A stretch of 64,000 bases of DNA, from positions 1,814 to 65,813 of the forward strand of contig DASRCF010000089.1 of the NCBI GenBank assembly GCA_035653255.1, written 5' to 3'. The position numbers and the translations under genes are program-made. The notes under the pieces are model-generated. The model had not been told where the DNA came from. It was given only the letters and a program-made list of their open reading frames with translations, and ran no database searches. Of this stretch, positions 17,301 through 26,765 are shown in pieces. This stretch comes from Chloroflexota bacterium. Lineage in GTDB: Bacteria; Chloroflexota; UBA5177; JAJPKF01. Positions within the stretch are counted from its first letter, which is position 1, and each line of letters opens with the position of its first letter.

Positions 17301-17386
17301 CCGAGGCTTTGCCGAAGAGTTTCAGCCTTCAGGATGTCCCGCACCATGTCGGAGAGCGAGACCCGCGACTTGTCATTCCCGGAGGT

Positions 17387-18343
17387 CTAGGAAAGGTCGA
17401 GATTGCGCGAGAGGGTCCGGGCTCGTGAGAGAAGCACCTGAACCTTTTCCGGACCGGCCCGCCCAAGATAGTGAGGCCAGGACAGAGTCACCGTCAGCAG
17501 CTCTGCTGAAGCTGCTCCGATGCGCAGTGCCTGGTCATCTATCGATCGGCCGTGTACCTCTACGACCTCCTCGACATACCAATCGAGAAGCGTCTGATCG
17601 TGGAACTGTGCACCGTCCGCTGTCGACCGAGTGAAGAATTGGGCGACATCCTCCGGACCACGAGCTCGCCGTACTTCCTGCCAGTCGATCCAAACAACGT
17701 CGCCGCCGTCGTCTCGAAGTAGGTTTCCAGCATGGAAGTCCCCGTGTCCGAGCGTCTCCGGCAGTATTTCGATCCGGTCGAGGAGAAGGGGAACCGACTC
17801 AAAAAGGCGCCCGAGAAAGTGGGATGCTTGCCTTTTGTCGACTGAGTTGGTTACCTCCGGTCTCTCAAGAACGTCTCGCCAGGCTGTCGCAGCACCTTGC
17901 GTGGCTTCCGCATCCGCAGTCCATGTCCATCTGCCGAGCCAGTCCCATGACTCAAGCTCTCGGGAATCTTCCCAGAACATCGCCTGGAGCCGGCCCAGAC
18001 CTCGGAATGCGTCCTCCAGGAGGCGGTACGGCCATCGGTCGACTGACTGCAGCGGATGATATGCCTTCAAGACAAGCCCGACCCAATCCGGTTCCACCCT
18101 GAGGTCCAGGACCTCCGGCACGCGAATGGGCACGATGGGCCCAAGCTCCGAATAGAACCGTGCCTCGCGCATCGATCTGTCACGGCTGGTGCTTCCGAGT
18201 AACGGCGTGAACTTGAGCACCGCCGCGGTGTCTGCCCTCCACACCGGCACCACGGAGGCACCGGACACTGCCGGACCTGAAAGCCCTAACTCGTCCTCAC
18301 GTAGACGGAGGCGCATTAGGTCGATTGCTTCTTCGAGGCTCAT
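17387..18343 (-). CDS. phosphotransferase-family protein (APH/ChoK-like kinase fold)
   Basis: It contains the Brenner motif 'HGDFHAGNLL' and 'VWIDWQ'. The start is set at the internal ATG 'MSLEEAIDL'. The ORF track extends the frame to 18415. Confidence 0.7.
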   Translation of the reverse strand: MSLEEAIDLMRLRLREDELGLSGPAVSGASVVPVWRADTAAVLKFTPLLGSTSRDRSMREARFYSELGPIVPIRVPEVLDLRVEPDWVGLVLKAYHPLQSVDRWPYRLLEDAFRGLGRLQAMFWEDSRELESWDWLGRWTWTADAEATQGAATAWRDVLERPEVTNSVDKRQASHFLGRLFESVPLLLDRIEILPETLGHGDFHAGNLLRDDGGDVVWIDWQEVRRARGPEDVAQFFTRSTADGAQFHDQTLLDWYVEEVVEVHGRSIDDQALRIGAASAELLTVTLSWPHYLGRAGPEKVQVLLSRARTLSRNLDLS

Positions 18344-18425
18344 GCTGCTCAGTATCGTCGGTTGCGGCCGCCCCCGATATCCGCACCGAGAAGATTGAAA
18401 CCGAACTGCAACCATCGCAACACAT

Positions 18426-19493
18426 ATGCAACCAGTTTTTGCCGCCGCCAGCGATATGCTTGACGTATCACGTGGCCAGAACGGGCTAGCCCAAGCGGGC
18501 CGGTGGCGGGCAGCCTCTCAATCTGGGAACCCTTTCCAAGTGCACCCGGGAGAACATTTGATGGAGAAACCGGGGGGAGACCGCATCGAACGCCGTCGAA
18601 ACCCCCGTCCTTCGCGGGACCGGCAGCATGATCCGGTTGTCTCGGCGTTCGTGGTGGCCGTACGTCTGATGGAGGCGGGGAGGGCCAGCCTGCTGGTCAA
18701 GCGGAACGGTGAGCCCATCCTCACGATTGAGGCGGCGGTCGGCATTCCCCCGGCGGAAGTGCCCGGCATCAGAGTCCCCATGGGGTACGGCATAGCGGGC
18801 TTTGTGGCCGAGCACGGCAAACCGCTGCTCGGAGCTCTGGCAAACGACACCTTCGTCAGCATTCCCGTGTTTACCACTCGGGGTGTCGAAGGCGTCCTGA
18901 ACATGACCGACCGTCTCGGCGGCAGACCGTACACTCGCGACGATATGGGCTCCAGCAAGGTGTTCGCCAAACACATTGGCGATGTGCTGGAGTACCGTCG
19001 GGAAAGCCACATTAACGTGATCTCGGGATTGCCGGACCGTGCGGCCTTCGAGGAGGCCCTGGAGCGAGAGCTCAACCGCGCCGAGCGCAGCGGCGCGGCC
19101 TTCACGCTGGTTTTTCTGGACATGGATGGGCTGAAGTGGGTCAACGATCATTACGGCCATGATCGGGGCGACGAGCTGATTCGGACGGTCGCCGAAACCA
19201 TAACCCAAGCGATACGGCCCTACGACTTCGCCGCTCACCTCAGCGGCGACGAATTCGCTCTCCTGCTGGCAGATACGCACGATGGCGAGATCAGTATCGT
19301 CGAGCGGCTCCAGCAGGCTCCTGTCGCGCTCGACGGACGCCTGGAGTTTTCGGTGAGCATCGGAACCGCTCGATATCCTGACGACGGTATGACCGCCGAT
19401 CAGCTTCTCAAGAGTGCGGATCAACGGATGTACGAGTACAAGCGGACCCATCCGAGTCCCTATCGACGGCCCGAGGAGGATCAGGACTCGTAA
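18426..19493 (+). CDS. GAF-GGDEF diguanylate cyclase (SGDEF variant with RxxD I-site)
   Basis: The N-terminal half is GAF-like. The GGDEF domain carries 'RPYDFAAHLSGDEFALLL'. An alternative start at ATG 18561 has a better SD. Confidence 0.75.
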   Translation: MQPVFAAASDMLDVSRGQNGLAQAGRWRAASQSGNPFQVHPGEHLMEKPGGDRIERRRNPRPSRDRQHDPVVSAFVVAVRLMEAGRASLLVKRNGEPILTIEAAVGIPPAEVPGIRVPMGYGIAGFVAEHGKPLLGALANDTFVSIPVFTTRGVEGVLNMTDRLGGRPYTRDDMGSSKVFAKHIGDVLEYRRESHINVISGLPDRAAFEEALERELNRAERSGAAFTLVFLDMDGLKWVNDHYGHDRGDELIRTVAETITQAIRPYDFAAHLSGDEFALLLADTHDGEISIVERLQQAPVALDGRLEFSVSIGTARYPDDGMTADQLLKSADQRMYEYKRTHPSPYRRPEEDQDS

Positions 19494-19533
19494 CAGGGAG
19501 GTCACAGCCCCGTAACAGTTTGTTAACAATCGC
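19491..19533 (+). promoter_or_regulatory. three direct TAACA(G/A) repeats at 22- and 11-bp spacing upstream of pstC (putative PHO boxes)
   Basis: The units are gTAACAGggag, cgTAACAGtttg and tTAACAATcgc. The 11-bp periodicity is typical of PhoP/PhoB-type direct-repeat operators. Confidence 0.25.
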
Positions 19534-19695
19534 CCGCGTACGCTCGGATGAGCGGCATGCGGGGCCGCCTGCAAAGGCGACAGCTGAAGCGGAGACGCTA
19601 CAGGAGTCGGGCGGATTGGGGTTTGTAAGTATCGTACGTCTGCGCCCAGCGGACCGTAGGAAGGTGGGAGGCGTCCCTCGCGGCGGCCGGCTTCG

Positions 19696-20715
19696 ATGAC
19701 GGCGCTGAGCTCGGGGGTGACCTCCCTGGCAAGCCGGCCGAATGACGGAACATCCGAGCCGCTGAAGCAACCATCACGCCGCCCTCACGAGCAGGCTTCG
19801 AGCAGGAATTTGGGCGACCGCATCTTCGGTGCCGTGACCGGCGTCTTCGCGGCAGCGATCATTGCCGTTGCCGCTCTTATCTTCATCGTTCTGCTGGTGG
19901 ATTCGCTTCAACCACTGTCTCGTTTTGGCCTCGGATTCCTCAGCGGGACCAGTTGGAACGTCGTCACCCTCCAGTTTGGACTGGCGCCGGCCCTGATCGG
20001 CACGCTGTATGTCTCCTTCCTGGCCCTATTGATCGCAGCTCCGGTTGGCTTGCTGATTGCAGTGTTTCTTTCGGAGACGGCGCCGCGCCAAATTCGGACG
20101 GTGCTCGGGTTTGTCATAGAGCTGCTGGCCGCGGTTCCCAGCATCGTCTACGGTTTGTGGGCGCTCCTCGTTCTGGTACCGCTGCTGGCGCGATTCGAGC
20201 CCACGATCTCGAGCCACTTTGGCGGCTTCTTCCTCTTCTCCGGCGCATCGCCGACGGGCCAGGGGATTCTGGCGGCGGTTCTCATCCTGTCCATCATGAT
20301 CCTGCCCACGATTGCCGCGATCAGCCGTGACGTTATGATAGCCGTTCCCAACGCCCAACGGGAGGCGATGCTGGCTCTCGGAGCAACCCGATGGGAGACG
20401 ACGTGGAAGGTTATAGTTCCGTACGCCCGGGCCGGAATCATCGGCGGCATCTTACTGGCTCTCGGTCGTGCCGTGGGCGAAACCATGGCGGTGCAAATGG
20501 TGATCGGCTCGTCCCAATCCCTCAATTTCTCGCTCTTGGGCCTCGGCACCACCATACCGGCAACTCTTGTCAATCAGTTCGCAGAGGCTACTCCCGGGAG
20601 CCTCTTCGCCAACGTTCTGATCGAGGCGGCACTTGTTCTGTTCATCCTCAGCGTCATCATCAACGCCTCCGCCAGACTTCTGGTTTGGCGGGTCAACCGG
20701 AAGTTCTCGGCATGA
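19696..20715 (+). CDS. pstC: phosphate ABC transporter permease
   Basis: It is a polytopic membrane protein with an ABC permease EAA-like loop, sitting in the pst operon. Confidence 0.85.
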   Translation: MTALSSGVTSLASRPNDGTSEPLKQPSRRPHEQASSRNLGDRIFGAVTGVFAAAIIAVAALIFIVLLVDSLQPLSRFGLGFLSGTSWNVVTLQFGLAPALIGTLYVSFLALLIAAPVGLLIAVFLSETAPRQIRTVLGFVIELLAAVPSIVYGLWALLVLVPLLARFEPTISSHFGGFFLFSGASPTGQGILAAVLILSIMILPTIAAISRDVMIAVPNAQREAMLALGATRWETTWKVIVPYARAGIIGGILLALGRAVGETMAVQMVIGSSQSLNFSLLGLGTTIPATLVNQFAEATPGSLFANVLIEAALVLFILSVIINASARLLVWRVNRKFSA

Positions 20716-21578
20716 TCTCAACCCTCCCGCCCAGGTTCCGCCGGCGAAAGGCGTTTGATGCCCTCGGCCGGACAGTGGCGGTCCTCGCCGTAATGCTCGC
20801 CCTCATCCCCCTCGGGGCGATGATCTTCTACGTGCTCCAGCAGGGTGCGGGAAGCCTCAACCTTAACTTCTTCACCGCCGACGCCTTGGGACTGGGGCAG
20901 CCGGGAGGCGGATACCACGCCATGATCATCGGTACGCTCCTGCTCATCGGCGTCAGCTCGGTCATCGGCATTCCCATCGGTCTGCTCAGCGGTATCCACC
21001 TGGCCGGGAGGGGCCAAACCCGGTTCGCTCAGACGGTACGATTCGTGACCGATGTGGTGGCCGGCACGCCCTCGATCATCGCAGGCATCCTCGCGTTCGC
21101 GCTCATCGTGGAGGCAACGGGAAGCTTCTCGGCTCTCGCCGGCGGCGTGGCTCTGGCTCTACTTATGTTTCCAACCGTCACTCGAGCAACAGAAGCGGCG
21201 ATCGCGGCAGTGCCGTCGGAGATTCGAGAGGCCTCACTTGCACTCGGCGCCTCCGAGTGGAAGACCATGCTGCGGGTCATTCTCCCAGCCGCTGCCAGCG
21301 GGGTTGTTACCGCAATCATACTCGGTGTGGCGCGAGTGGCAGGCGAGACCGCACCGCTGGTATTCACTGTCGGCTACAGTCAGTTCACATCGACCAACAT
21401 CTTCGGTCAGATCGGCACCATGCCCGTTCAGATCTGGGATCAGGCGCAGTCGGCGTACCCGAACGACATTCATCAGGCCTGGGCGGGCGCATTTGTGCTC
21501 TTCATGCTCATCCTCGTTCTCAATCTGCTGGCGCGTCTGCTCACCTACCGTCTGACGCGGCGAGTACAGAATGCATAA
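20712..21578 (+). CDS. pstA: phosphate ABC transporter permease
   Basis: ATG 20712 overlaps the pstC stop in an ATGA junction. The ORF track extends the frame upstream to 20391 inside pstC. Confidence 0.85.
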   Translation: MISTLPPRFRRRKAFDALGRTVAVLAVMLALIPLGAMIFYVLQQGAGSLNLNFFTADALGLGQPGGGYHAMIIGTLLLIGVSSVIGIPIGLLSGIHLAGRGQTRFAQTVRFVTDVVAGTPSIIAGILAFALIVEATGSFSALAGGVALALLMFPTVTRATEAAIAAVPSEIREASLALGASEWKTMLRVILPAAASGVVTAIILGVARVAGETAPLVFTVGYSQFTSTNIFGQIGTMPVQIWDQAQSAYPNDIHQAWAGAFVLFMLILVLNLLARLLTYRLTRRVQNA

Positions 21579-22554
21579 GAACGGAGCCCACGCTTTGGAG
21601 ATGACCACCACGATGGATCAAGAGCAAGAGGCAGGAAGCGCGAAGGCTCCCCACCTCACGACCGAGTTCGCAGATTCCCCGCAGGCGGTGGATTTCGGTT
21701 TCGACACCCTCGCTCCGCAATCGATGGCGGCGGATGACGGCGGGACGGCTACCAGGGCCGCTGACCTGCCCCAGCCGCGTGGCGAAGCGGTGCGGGCCGA
21801 GCAGGTGTCGGCTTGGTACGGCAAGAAGCTTGCTATCCGTGACATCACCATCACCATGGAGCCGTTGAAGGTGACCGCACTGATCGGACCCTCCGGCTGT
21901 GGGAAATCCACATTTCTTCGATCCATCAACCGGCTGCATGAGGTGATCCCCGGCGCGCGCGTCGCAGGAGACATCTGGGTGGGAGACGAAAACGTTTATG
22001 CCAAGGGCATGGACCCGGTACAGGTGCGGGCACACATCGGCATGGTGTTTCAGCGTCCGCACCCGTTCCCCACAATGTCCATCTATGACAACGTGGCCTC
22101 CGGTCCTCGATTGAGCGGGAAGGGCCGCCGGGGGCGGCAGCTTGATCAGCTGGTCGAGCAGAGTCTCCGACAGGCAGCGCTGTGGGATGAGGTAAAGGAC
22201 CGCCTCAAGGACCCGGCGACGGGGCTATCCGGAGGCCAGCAGCAGCGCCTCTGCATTGCCCGCGCGCTGGCGATGCGGCCGGGGGTGATCCTGCTGGACG
22301 AGCCGTCTTCGGCGCTGGATCCTATCGCGTCCTTCAAGATCGAGGAGCTCCTACTCCAGCTCAAGCAGAGCTACACCGTCGTGATCGTTACCCACAACAT
22401 GCAGCAGGCAGCGCGGATCGCGGATAACACCGCCTTCATGCTCTCAGGCTCCGACTACGTGGGTGAGCTGGTGGAATATGGTCCCACAACACGAATCTTC
22501 TCCAATCCCAGCGATCCTCGAACGCAAGACTACATCACCGGTCGGTTCGGATAG
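21571..22554 (+). CDS. pstB: phosphate ABC transporter ATP-binding protein with a ~65-aa acidic N-terminal extension
   Basis: Walker A 'GPSGCGKST', the signature 'LSGGQQQRL' and Walker B 'ILLDEP' are present. Its start overlaps the pstA stop. Confidence 0.9.
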   Translation: MHKNGAHALEMTTTMDQEQEAGSAKAPHLTTEFADSPQAVDFGFDTLAPQSMAADDGGTATRAADLPQPRGEAVRAEQVSAWYGKKLAIRDITITMEPLKVTALIGPSGCGKSTFLRSINRLHEVIPGARVAGDIWVGDENVYAKGMDPVQVRAHIGMVFQRPHPFPTMSIYDNVASGPRLSGKGRRGRQLDQLVEQSLRQAALWDEVKDRLKDPATGLSGGQQQRLCIARALAMRPGVILLDEPSSALDPIASFKIEELLLQLKQSYTVVIVTHNMQQAARIADNTAFMLSGSDYVGELVEYGPTTRIFSNPSDPRTQDYITGRFG

Positions 22555-22624
22555 AAATGTGGACCACCCGGCCTTCGGCTGAGGCGCATCCGGAAGTAGC
22601 CGGTCGTCGGGGCGCCGAGTCTCG

Positions 22625-23308
22625 ATGACCCGGGAACACTACCTGGAGCTGCTCGGTCAGCTGGATCATGCCATGCAGGAGTTGGGAGATCTGGTCGAGC
22701 ACACGATTGACGCTGCCATGCTGGCTCTGAACTCTGGCGACGTGGCATCGGCACAGAAGTTGATCGAGGGAGACAACGAGATCGACCGGCGGCGCCACGA
22801 GATCGACGAGCAGGCGTTCGCCATCATCGCCACCCAACAGCCAGTGGCCAGTGATCTGCGGCTCCTCACCAGTGCCTTCACCATCTCCGCCGAGCTCGAG
22901 CGCATTGGAGATTACGCCGCCGGGATCGCGAAGCTCACGCTTCAGATGGCGGCAGAGTCGCTACCGCGAAGGCTTGAGGACATCGAGAGTATGGCAATAA
23001 TTACAGGCGACCTCCTGCACCGAGCAATGCGCGCGTTCAAGGATCGAGATGTTGCCGCCGCGGCTGCCGTTTGGGGCCGAGACGACGAGGTCGACGAGCT
23101 TTACGAGTCTGTCTTCAAGCACGAGGTAAATGAAATGGCCCGCGACACAGCCTCGATTCGTCGAGGAACTTACCTCCTCTGGGTGGCGCACAACATCGAA
23201 CGCATGGCCGACCGGGTCACCAATATCGCCGAGAACGTCGCCTTTGTCGTCACCGGGGATGTTCCGACATTTCGTGAGGGGATCAGATCGGCTTCCCTCC
23301 CCGGCTGA
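22625..23308 (+). CDS. phoU: phosphate signalling complex protein PhoU
   Basis: It has two PhoU repeats ('...DNEIDRRRHEIDEQ...' and 'DDEVDELYESVF'). Confidence 0.9.
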   Translation: MTREHYLELLGQLDHAMQELGDLVEHTIDAAMLALNSGDVASAQKLIEGDNEIDRRRHEIDEQAFAIIATQQPVASDLRLLTSAFTISAELERIGDYAAGIAKLTLQMAAESLPRRLEDIESMAIITGDLLHRAMRAFKDRDVAAAAAVWGRDDEVDELYESVFKHEVNEMARDTASIRRGTYLLWVAHNIERMADRVTNIAENVAFVVTGDVPTFREGIRSASLPG

Positions 23309-23380
23309 CCGCCACGCAACACAGTACAGAGACTTCGCGGTCAAGGCTGATGCACGGCCGGCGGCTCTGGTGAAAGCCCG

Positions 23381-24334
23381 TTGACGCTTCTCCAGGCGAT
23401 CGTCATCAGCATACTCCAGGGCGTGTCCGAACTGTTTCCGGTCTCCAGCCTGGGCCACGCCGTCATTCTGCCCAAGCTGCTGCATTGGAATATCAACGAG
23501 TCGGGCAAGACCTGGCTGGCCTTTCTGGTTGCTCTGCATGTAGGAACGGCGACCGCCCTCCTGATCTACTTTTGGAGCGATTGGCGGGCTGTTCTTCTAG
23601 CCTTTGTCCGTAGCGTGCAGAAGGCTGAGATTGGGGCCGATCAGGATCAGCGTCTGGCGTGGATGGTGGTCCTTGGGACTGTACCGGCAGGCCTCGTCGG
23701 CTCGATTCTTCAGAAGCCGCTGCGGTCTCTATTCGCCTCTCCCTACATCGCGGCGGCGTTTCTCATCGTCAACGGCGCCATCATGTTCCTGGGAGAGTGG
23801 CTGCTTCAACGGCAGCTGGCAGCCTCGGCCGGCGCCGGCGCCACACAACCCGCTATAGCAATGGCGGGAGGCAGCGGCCAGGTGAGTCGGACTTCACCTC
23901 AGGCCGAGGTGGCCGACTCAGCCTTCGGTGGGGAGCGGTACAGAGACATTACCCAGCTGAGCTGGCGTGATGCCGCGGTAGTAGGATTCGCTCAGATAGG
24001 CGCCTTGATTCCGGGCATTTCCCGCTCCGGCATTACCATGGTGGCGGGATTGGCGGCGGGGTTGACCCACGAGGCAGCTGCCCGCTACGCATTCCTCTTG
24101 GCAACACCCATCATCGCAGCGGCCGGTCTTCTCGAGCTGCCCGATCTCTTCTCCAGTCACGCCCGTTCGATCCTTGGCTACGCCGTCATCGGCATGGTGC
24201 TGGCCGGCATCGCCGCGTATCTGTCCGTTCGCTACCTCATGCGCTACTTCGAGTTCGGGCGTCTCTACCCCTTCGCGTATTATTGCGTTGGGGCAGGAGC
24301 ATTGAGTCTAATCCTCCTCAGCGCCCACCTCTAA
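23381..24334 (+). CDS. uppP: undecaprenyl-diphosphatase (BacA/UppP), with a ~40-aa low-complexity insertion
   Basis: The family motifs 'SELFPVSSLGH' and 'SRSGITMVAGLAAGL' are present. Confidence 0.85.
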   Translation: MTLLQAIVISILQGVSELFPVSSLGHAVILPKLLHWNINESGKTWLAFLVALHVGTATALLIYFWSDWRAVLLAFVRSVQKAEIGADQDQRLAWMVVLGTVPAGLVGSILQKPLRSLFASPYIAAAFLIVNGAIMFLGEWLLQRQLAASAGAGATQPAIAMAGGSGQVSRTSPQAEVADSAFGGERYRDITQLSWRDAAVVGFAQIGALIPGISRSGITMVAGLAAGLTHEAAARYAFLLATPIIAAAGLLELPDLFSSHARSILGYAVIGMVLAGIAAYLSVRYLMRYFEFGRLYPFAYYCVGAGALSLILLSAHL

Positions 24335-24386
24335 CTGACTCCGCCCGCTGACAGCGCGTCTAACCCAATTTGCTTACGAGGAAGAA

Positions 24387-24602
24387 ATGAACCGAACTAC
24401 GCTTTTTGGCCTGGCCGTCATCGCCGGCATTGTCTTCATCGTGCTGGTGGTCCTGGCATGGACGGGAGCAGCTCCTTTCGGTCATCACAAGGACGGGCCA
24501 ATGGGGATACAGAACTTCAAGCACGGCATTCTCTTCGTGGTTCTGGCCATCGTCTGTTTCGTGTTCGCGGCCGCTACGCGGCCTACTAGCCGCGCGTCCT
24601 AA
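24387..24602 (+). CDS. small two-TM membrane protein (hypothetical)
   Basis: SD GAGGAAG lies 5 nt before ATG. The 71-aa product has two hydrophobic helices. Confidence 0.5.
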   Translation: MNRTTLFGLAVIAGIVFIVLVVLAWTGAAPFGHHKDGPMGIQNFKHGILFVVLAIVCFVFAAATRPTSRAS

Positions 24603-24694
24603 CAGCCTGACATCGGCCGCTCCCACTCTAGACCTCGACGCATTCATGGGTTTCGTGGTTACGGACCGGTGATACCTCCCGCGGCGGCCTACCA

Positions 24695-25681
24695 GTGGTC
24701 TGCGGCGGCGGCCGTCTCGACGAGCAAACCTGGTTGACCACCAACCAGGAGCCAGAGGTGCGACCGGGTCACTCACGCTCCGGCAGCGACAACCGGCCTC
24801 TGGCTGTCATCGACATCGGATCGAACACCGTACGACTGTTGGTGGCTCTTGCGGTTGATGGCAAACTTTTGACGCTGACGGATCAGAGCCGCTTTGTCCG
24901 GCTTGGCAGAGGTGTTGACGCGTCCGGGAATCTCAGTCCGGATCGGCAGCAGGCAGCGCTCGTCGCAGTCCGGGAGCTGGCGGCCGTGGCTCAAGGGTAC
25001 GGAGCCCGTAGCATGGTTGCGATCGCTACCAGCGCCGTGCGTGACGCTGCCAACGGTCCCGAGTTCGTGAGTAACCTCCGACGAGAAGCAGGCATCGCCG
25101 CTCGCATCCTCACAGGTGAGGAGGAAGCGAGGCTCACTTTTCTCGGAGCAAGCGCCGGGATTGAGATTCGCCAGGTCGCGCTCGTCTGCGACCTGGGTGG
25201 TGGCAGCACGGAGCTGGTGGCAGCCCGCGAGCAAGAGGTCCTTTGGGGTCGTTCACTTCAACTCGGCTCCGGCAGGCTGACGGAGCTGTTTGTCCATTCT
25301 GATCCGCCGGCCGAGAAGGAGCGACGCGCCATCAGAAGGCACGTTCTGGAGGCATTGCGTCAGCTCCCACGGGTGCGCCCCGAGATCCTCATCCTCACTG
25401 GAGGAACTGCCACCCATGCCGCCCTACTCTCAGGCCTGGAGTCGGGTGCGGGCGAGCTGCGGGCAGATGCTCTCCAGCAAGTAGAGGAGCGGCTCTACAC
25501 CACCCCCTCGTCGACCGTCGCCACCGAGGCGGGATTCGGACACGAGCGCGCGCAGGTGCTGCCCGCCGGAGTCACCGCGTTATGCACCATGCAGAATCAT
25601 TTCCAACCGTCATCGTCTGTAGTGACTCGCCGCGGTCTGCGGGAGGGAGCCATCCTCGATGAGCTAAGCCGGAGTGCGTGA
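24695..25681 (+). CDS. ppx: exopolyphosphatase / guanosine pentaphosphate phosphohydrolase (Ppx/GppA family)
   Basis: It has the ASKHA-type N-terminus 'LAVIDIGSNTVRLLVA' and '...LVCDLGGGSTELV'. Confidence 0.85.
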   Translation: MVCGGGRLDEQTWLTTNQEPEVRPGHSRSGSDNRPLAVIDIGSNTVRLLVALAVDGKLLTLTDQSRFVRLGRGVDASGNLSPDRQQAALVAVRELAAVAQGYGARSMVAIATSAVRDAANGPEFVSNLRREAGIAARILTGEEEARLTFLGASAGIEIRQVALVCDLGGGSTELVAAREQEVLWGRSLQLGSGRLTELFVHSDPPAEKERRAIRRHVLEALRQLPRVRPEILILTGGTATHAALLSGLESGAGELRADALQQVEERLYTTPSSTVATEAGFGHERAQVLPAGVTALCTMQNHFQPSSSVVTRRGLREGAILDELSRSA

Positions 25682-25922
25682 CCAACCGGCTGGGACCTGC
25701 AACTCGCGAACACGAAAACTGGACCACGGTGCGGGGGGCCATGGTCCAGTAAGGAGATGAAGCTGATGTCTGGGCGACCGTTGCGGCTGATTCCAATTGA
25801 CTCTATTGCCAGAGATGTTATCGAGTTGTTGCCGGGGCATTGCGGACCAGTTTCGGCTTCGAGGAAACACACCCCATACAGAGCATCAGAATTCCTCGGC
25901 TAAGCCCTCCCGAACGGCGCAC

Positions 25923-26119
25923 GTAGCCCGGCCCCTCTGTGGCCGGGCGTCGTCACGACTCGGCCTCGACCGGGCATCCGCAAAACCGGCGAGAACCGCC
26001 GAATGCCGGATTATGCCCAACTCGTGCAACGATCTCTCTTCCGGGTTGAGCATGCTTTCCTAACTCCCATACACCTGCGAACGGTCTCGCCACGCCCGGC
26101 CACAGAGGGGCCGGGCTAC
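25923..26119. repeat. 27-bp perfect inverted repeat pair (GTAGCCCGGCCCCTCTGTGGCCGGGCG at 25923-25949; its reverse complement at 26093-26119) flanking a 143-bp spacer
   Basis: The two arms are exact reverse complements, and imperfect complementarity extends a further ~10 bp on each side. The pair sits in the ~600-bp gap between the convergent ppx and ybeY genes. Confidence 0.7.
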
Positions 26120-26199
26120 GTTCGGAACCTAAAGCCGGATGTTCGGAACGGAAACCCGGATGTTCGGAACGGAGACCCAGACGTTCGGAAAGGGGAATC
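26116..26199. repeat. four tandem 21-bp direct repeats (iteron-like), core (g)ATGTTCGGAACGGA
   Basis: GTTCGGAA(C/A) starts at 26120, 26141, 26162 and 26183, an exact 21-bp period. The first unit overlaps the right arm of the inverted repeat. Confidence 0.7.
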
Positions 26200-26275
26200 G
26201 GAGCTCCCCCAGGTGTATCGGAATCGGACTTCGATCCTGCAGGTCAAGCGGATCGAGGCAGACTTCCGAGGAAGG

Positions 26276-26764
26276 TCACCCGAGCCTTGAATCGGTGAGC
26301 TGCACGGATTGCATGCCCAGATCCCGTAAGATGCGAGATTCCACCCGCGACATTTCCTTAGCCTCTTCGGGAGTATCGTGTCGGTATCCCAGGAGCTGGA
26401 GGGTTCCGTGCACGACCAGCCAAGCAACCTCTTCATCGACCGGGTGTCCCAGTTCTTGAGCCTGCGCCACTGCCCGGGGGTAGCTGATCACCACGTCGCC
26501 AAGCGGAGCCAGAGCCTCCAATGGGTCTCCTGTTGGAGACTCGGCGGGTTCGAAGAGGCCGAAGGACAGCACGTCGGTCGTCTGATCCAGGCCGCGGTAG
26601 CGAGCATTCAGGTCCTGCACCTCGGCATCGTCAGTGAGGACTATGGTCAACTCGTCCCTCCCGCCTCTCCCAGCTGCCTCCACGGCAGCCGAGGCCGCGC
26701 GCATCAGCCCTGCGCGGTCTATCTGAAGCACGACGTCCCGTCGAACGACCACCTCAGCGGCCAA
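26276..26764 (-). CDS. ybeY: endoribonuclease YbeY (rRNA maturation factor)
   Basis: The zinc motif 'HGTLQLLGYRH' is present and the size is typical. Confidence 0.85.
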   Translation of the reverse strand: MAAEVVVRRDVVLQIDRAGLMRAASAAVEAAGRGGRDELTIVLTDDAEVQDLNARYRGLDQTTDVLSFGLFEPAESPTGDPLEALAPLGDVVISYPRAVAQAQELGHPVDEEVAWLVVHGTLQLLGYRHDTPEEAKEMSRVESRILRDLGMQSVQLTDSRLG

Positions 26765-26765
26765 A

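Noticed and set aside
26003-26290. ORFs (26003-26290 +, 26116-26436 -) running through the iteron/IR element
   Set aside because: Their repetitive 'PDVRNG' / 'FRTSG' products are simply translations of the 21-bp tandem repeats. There are no start signals.
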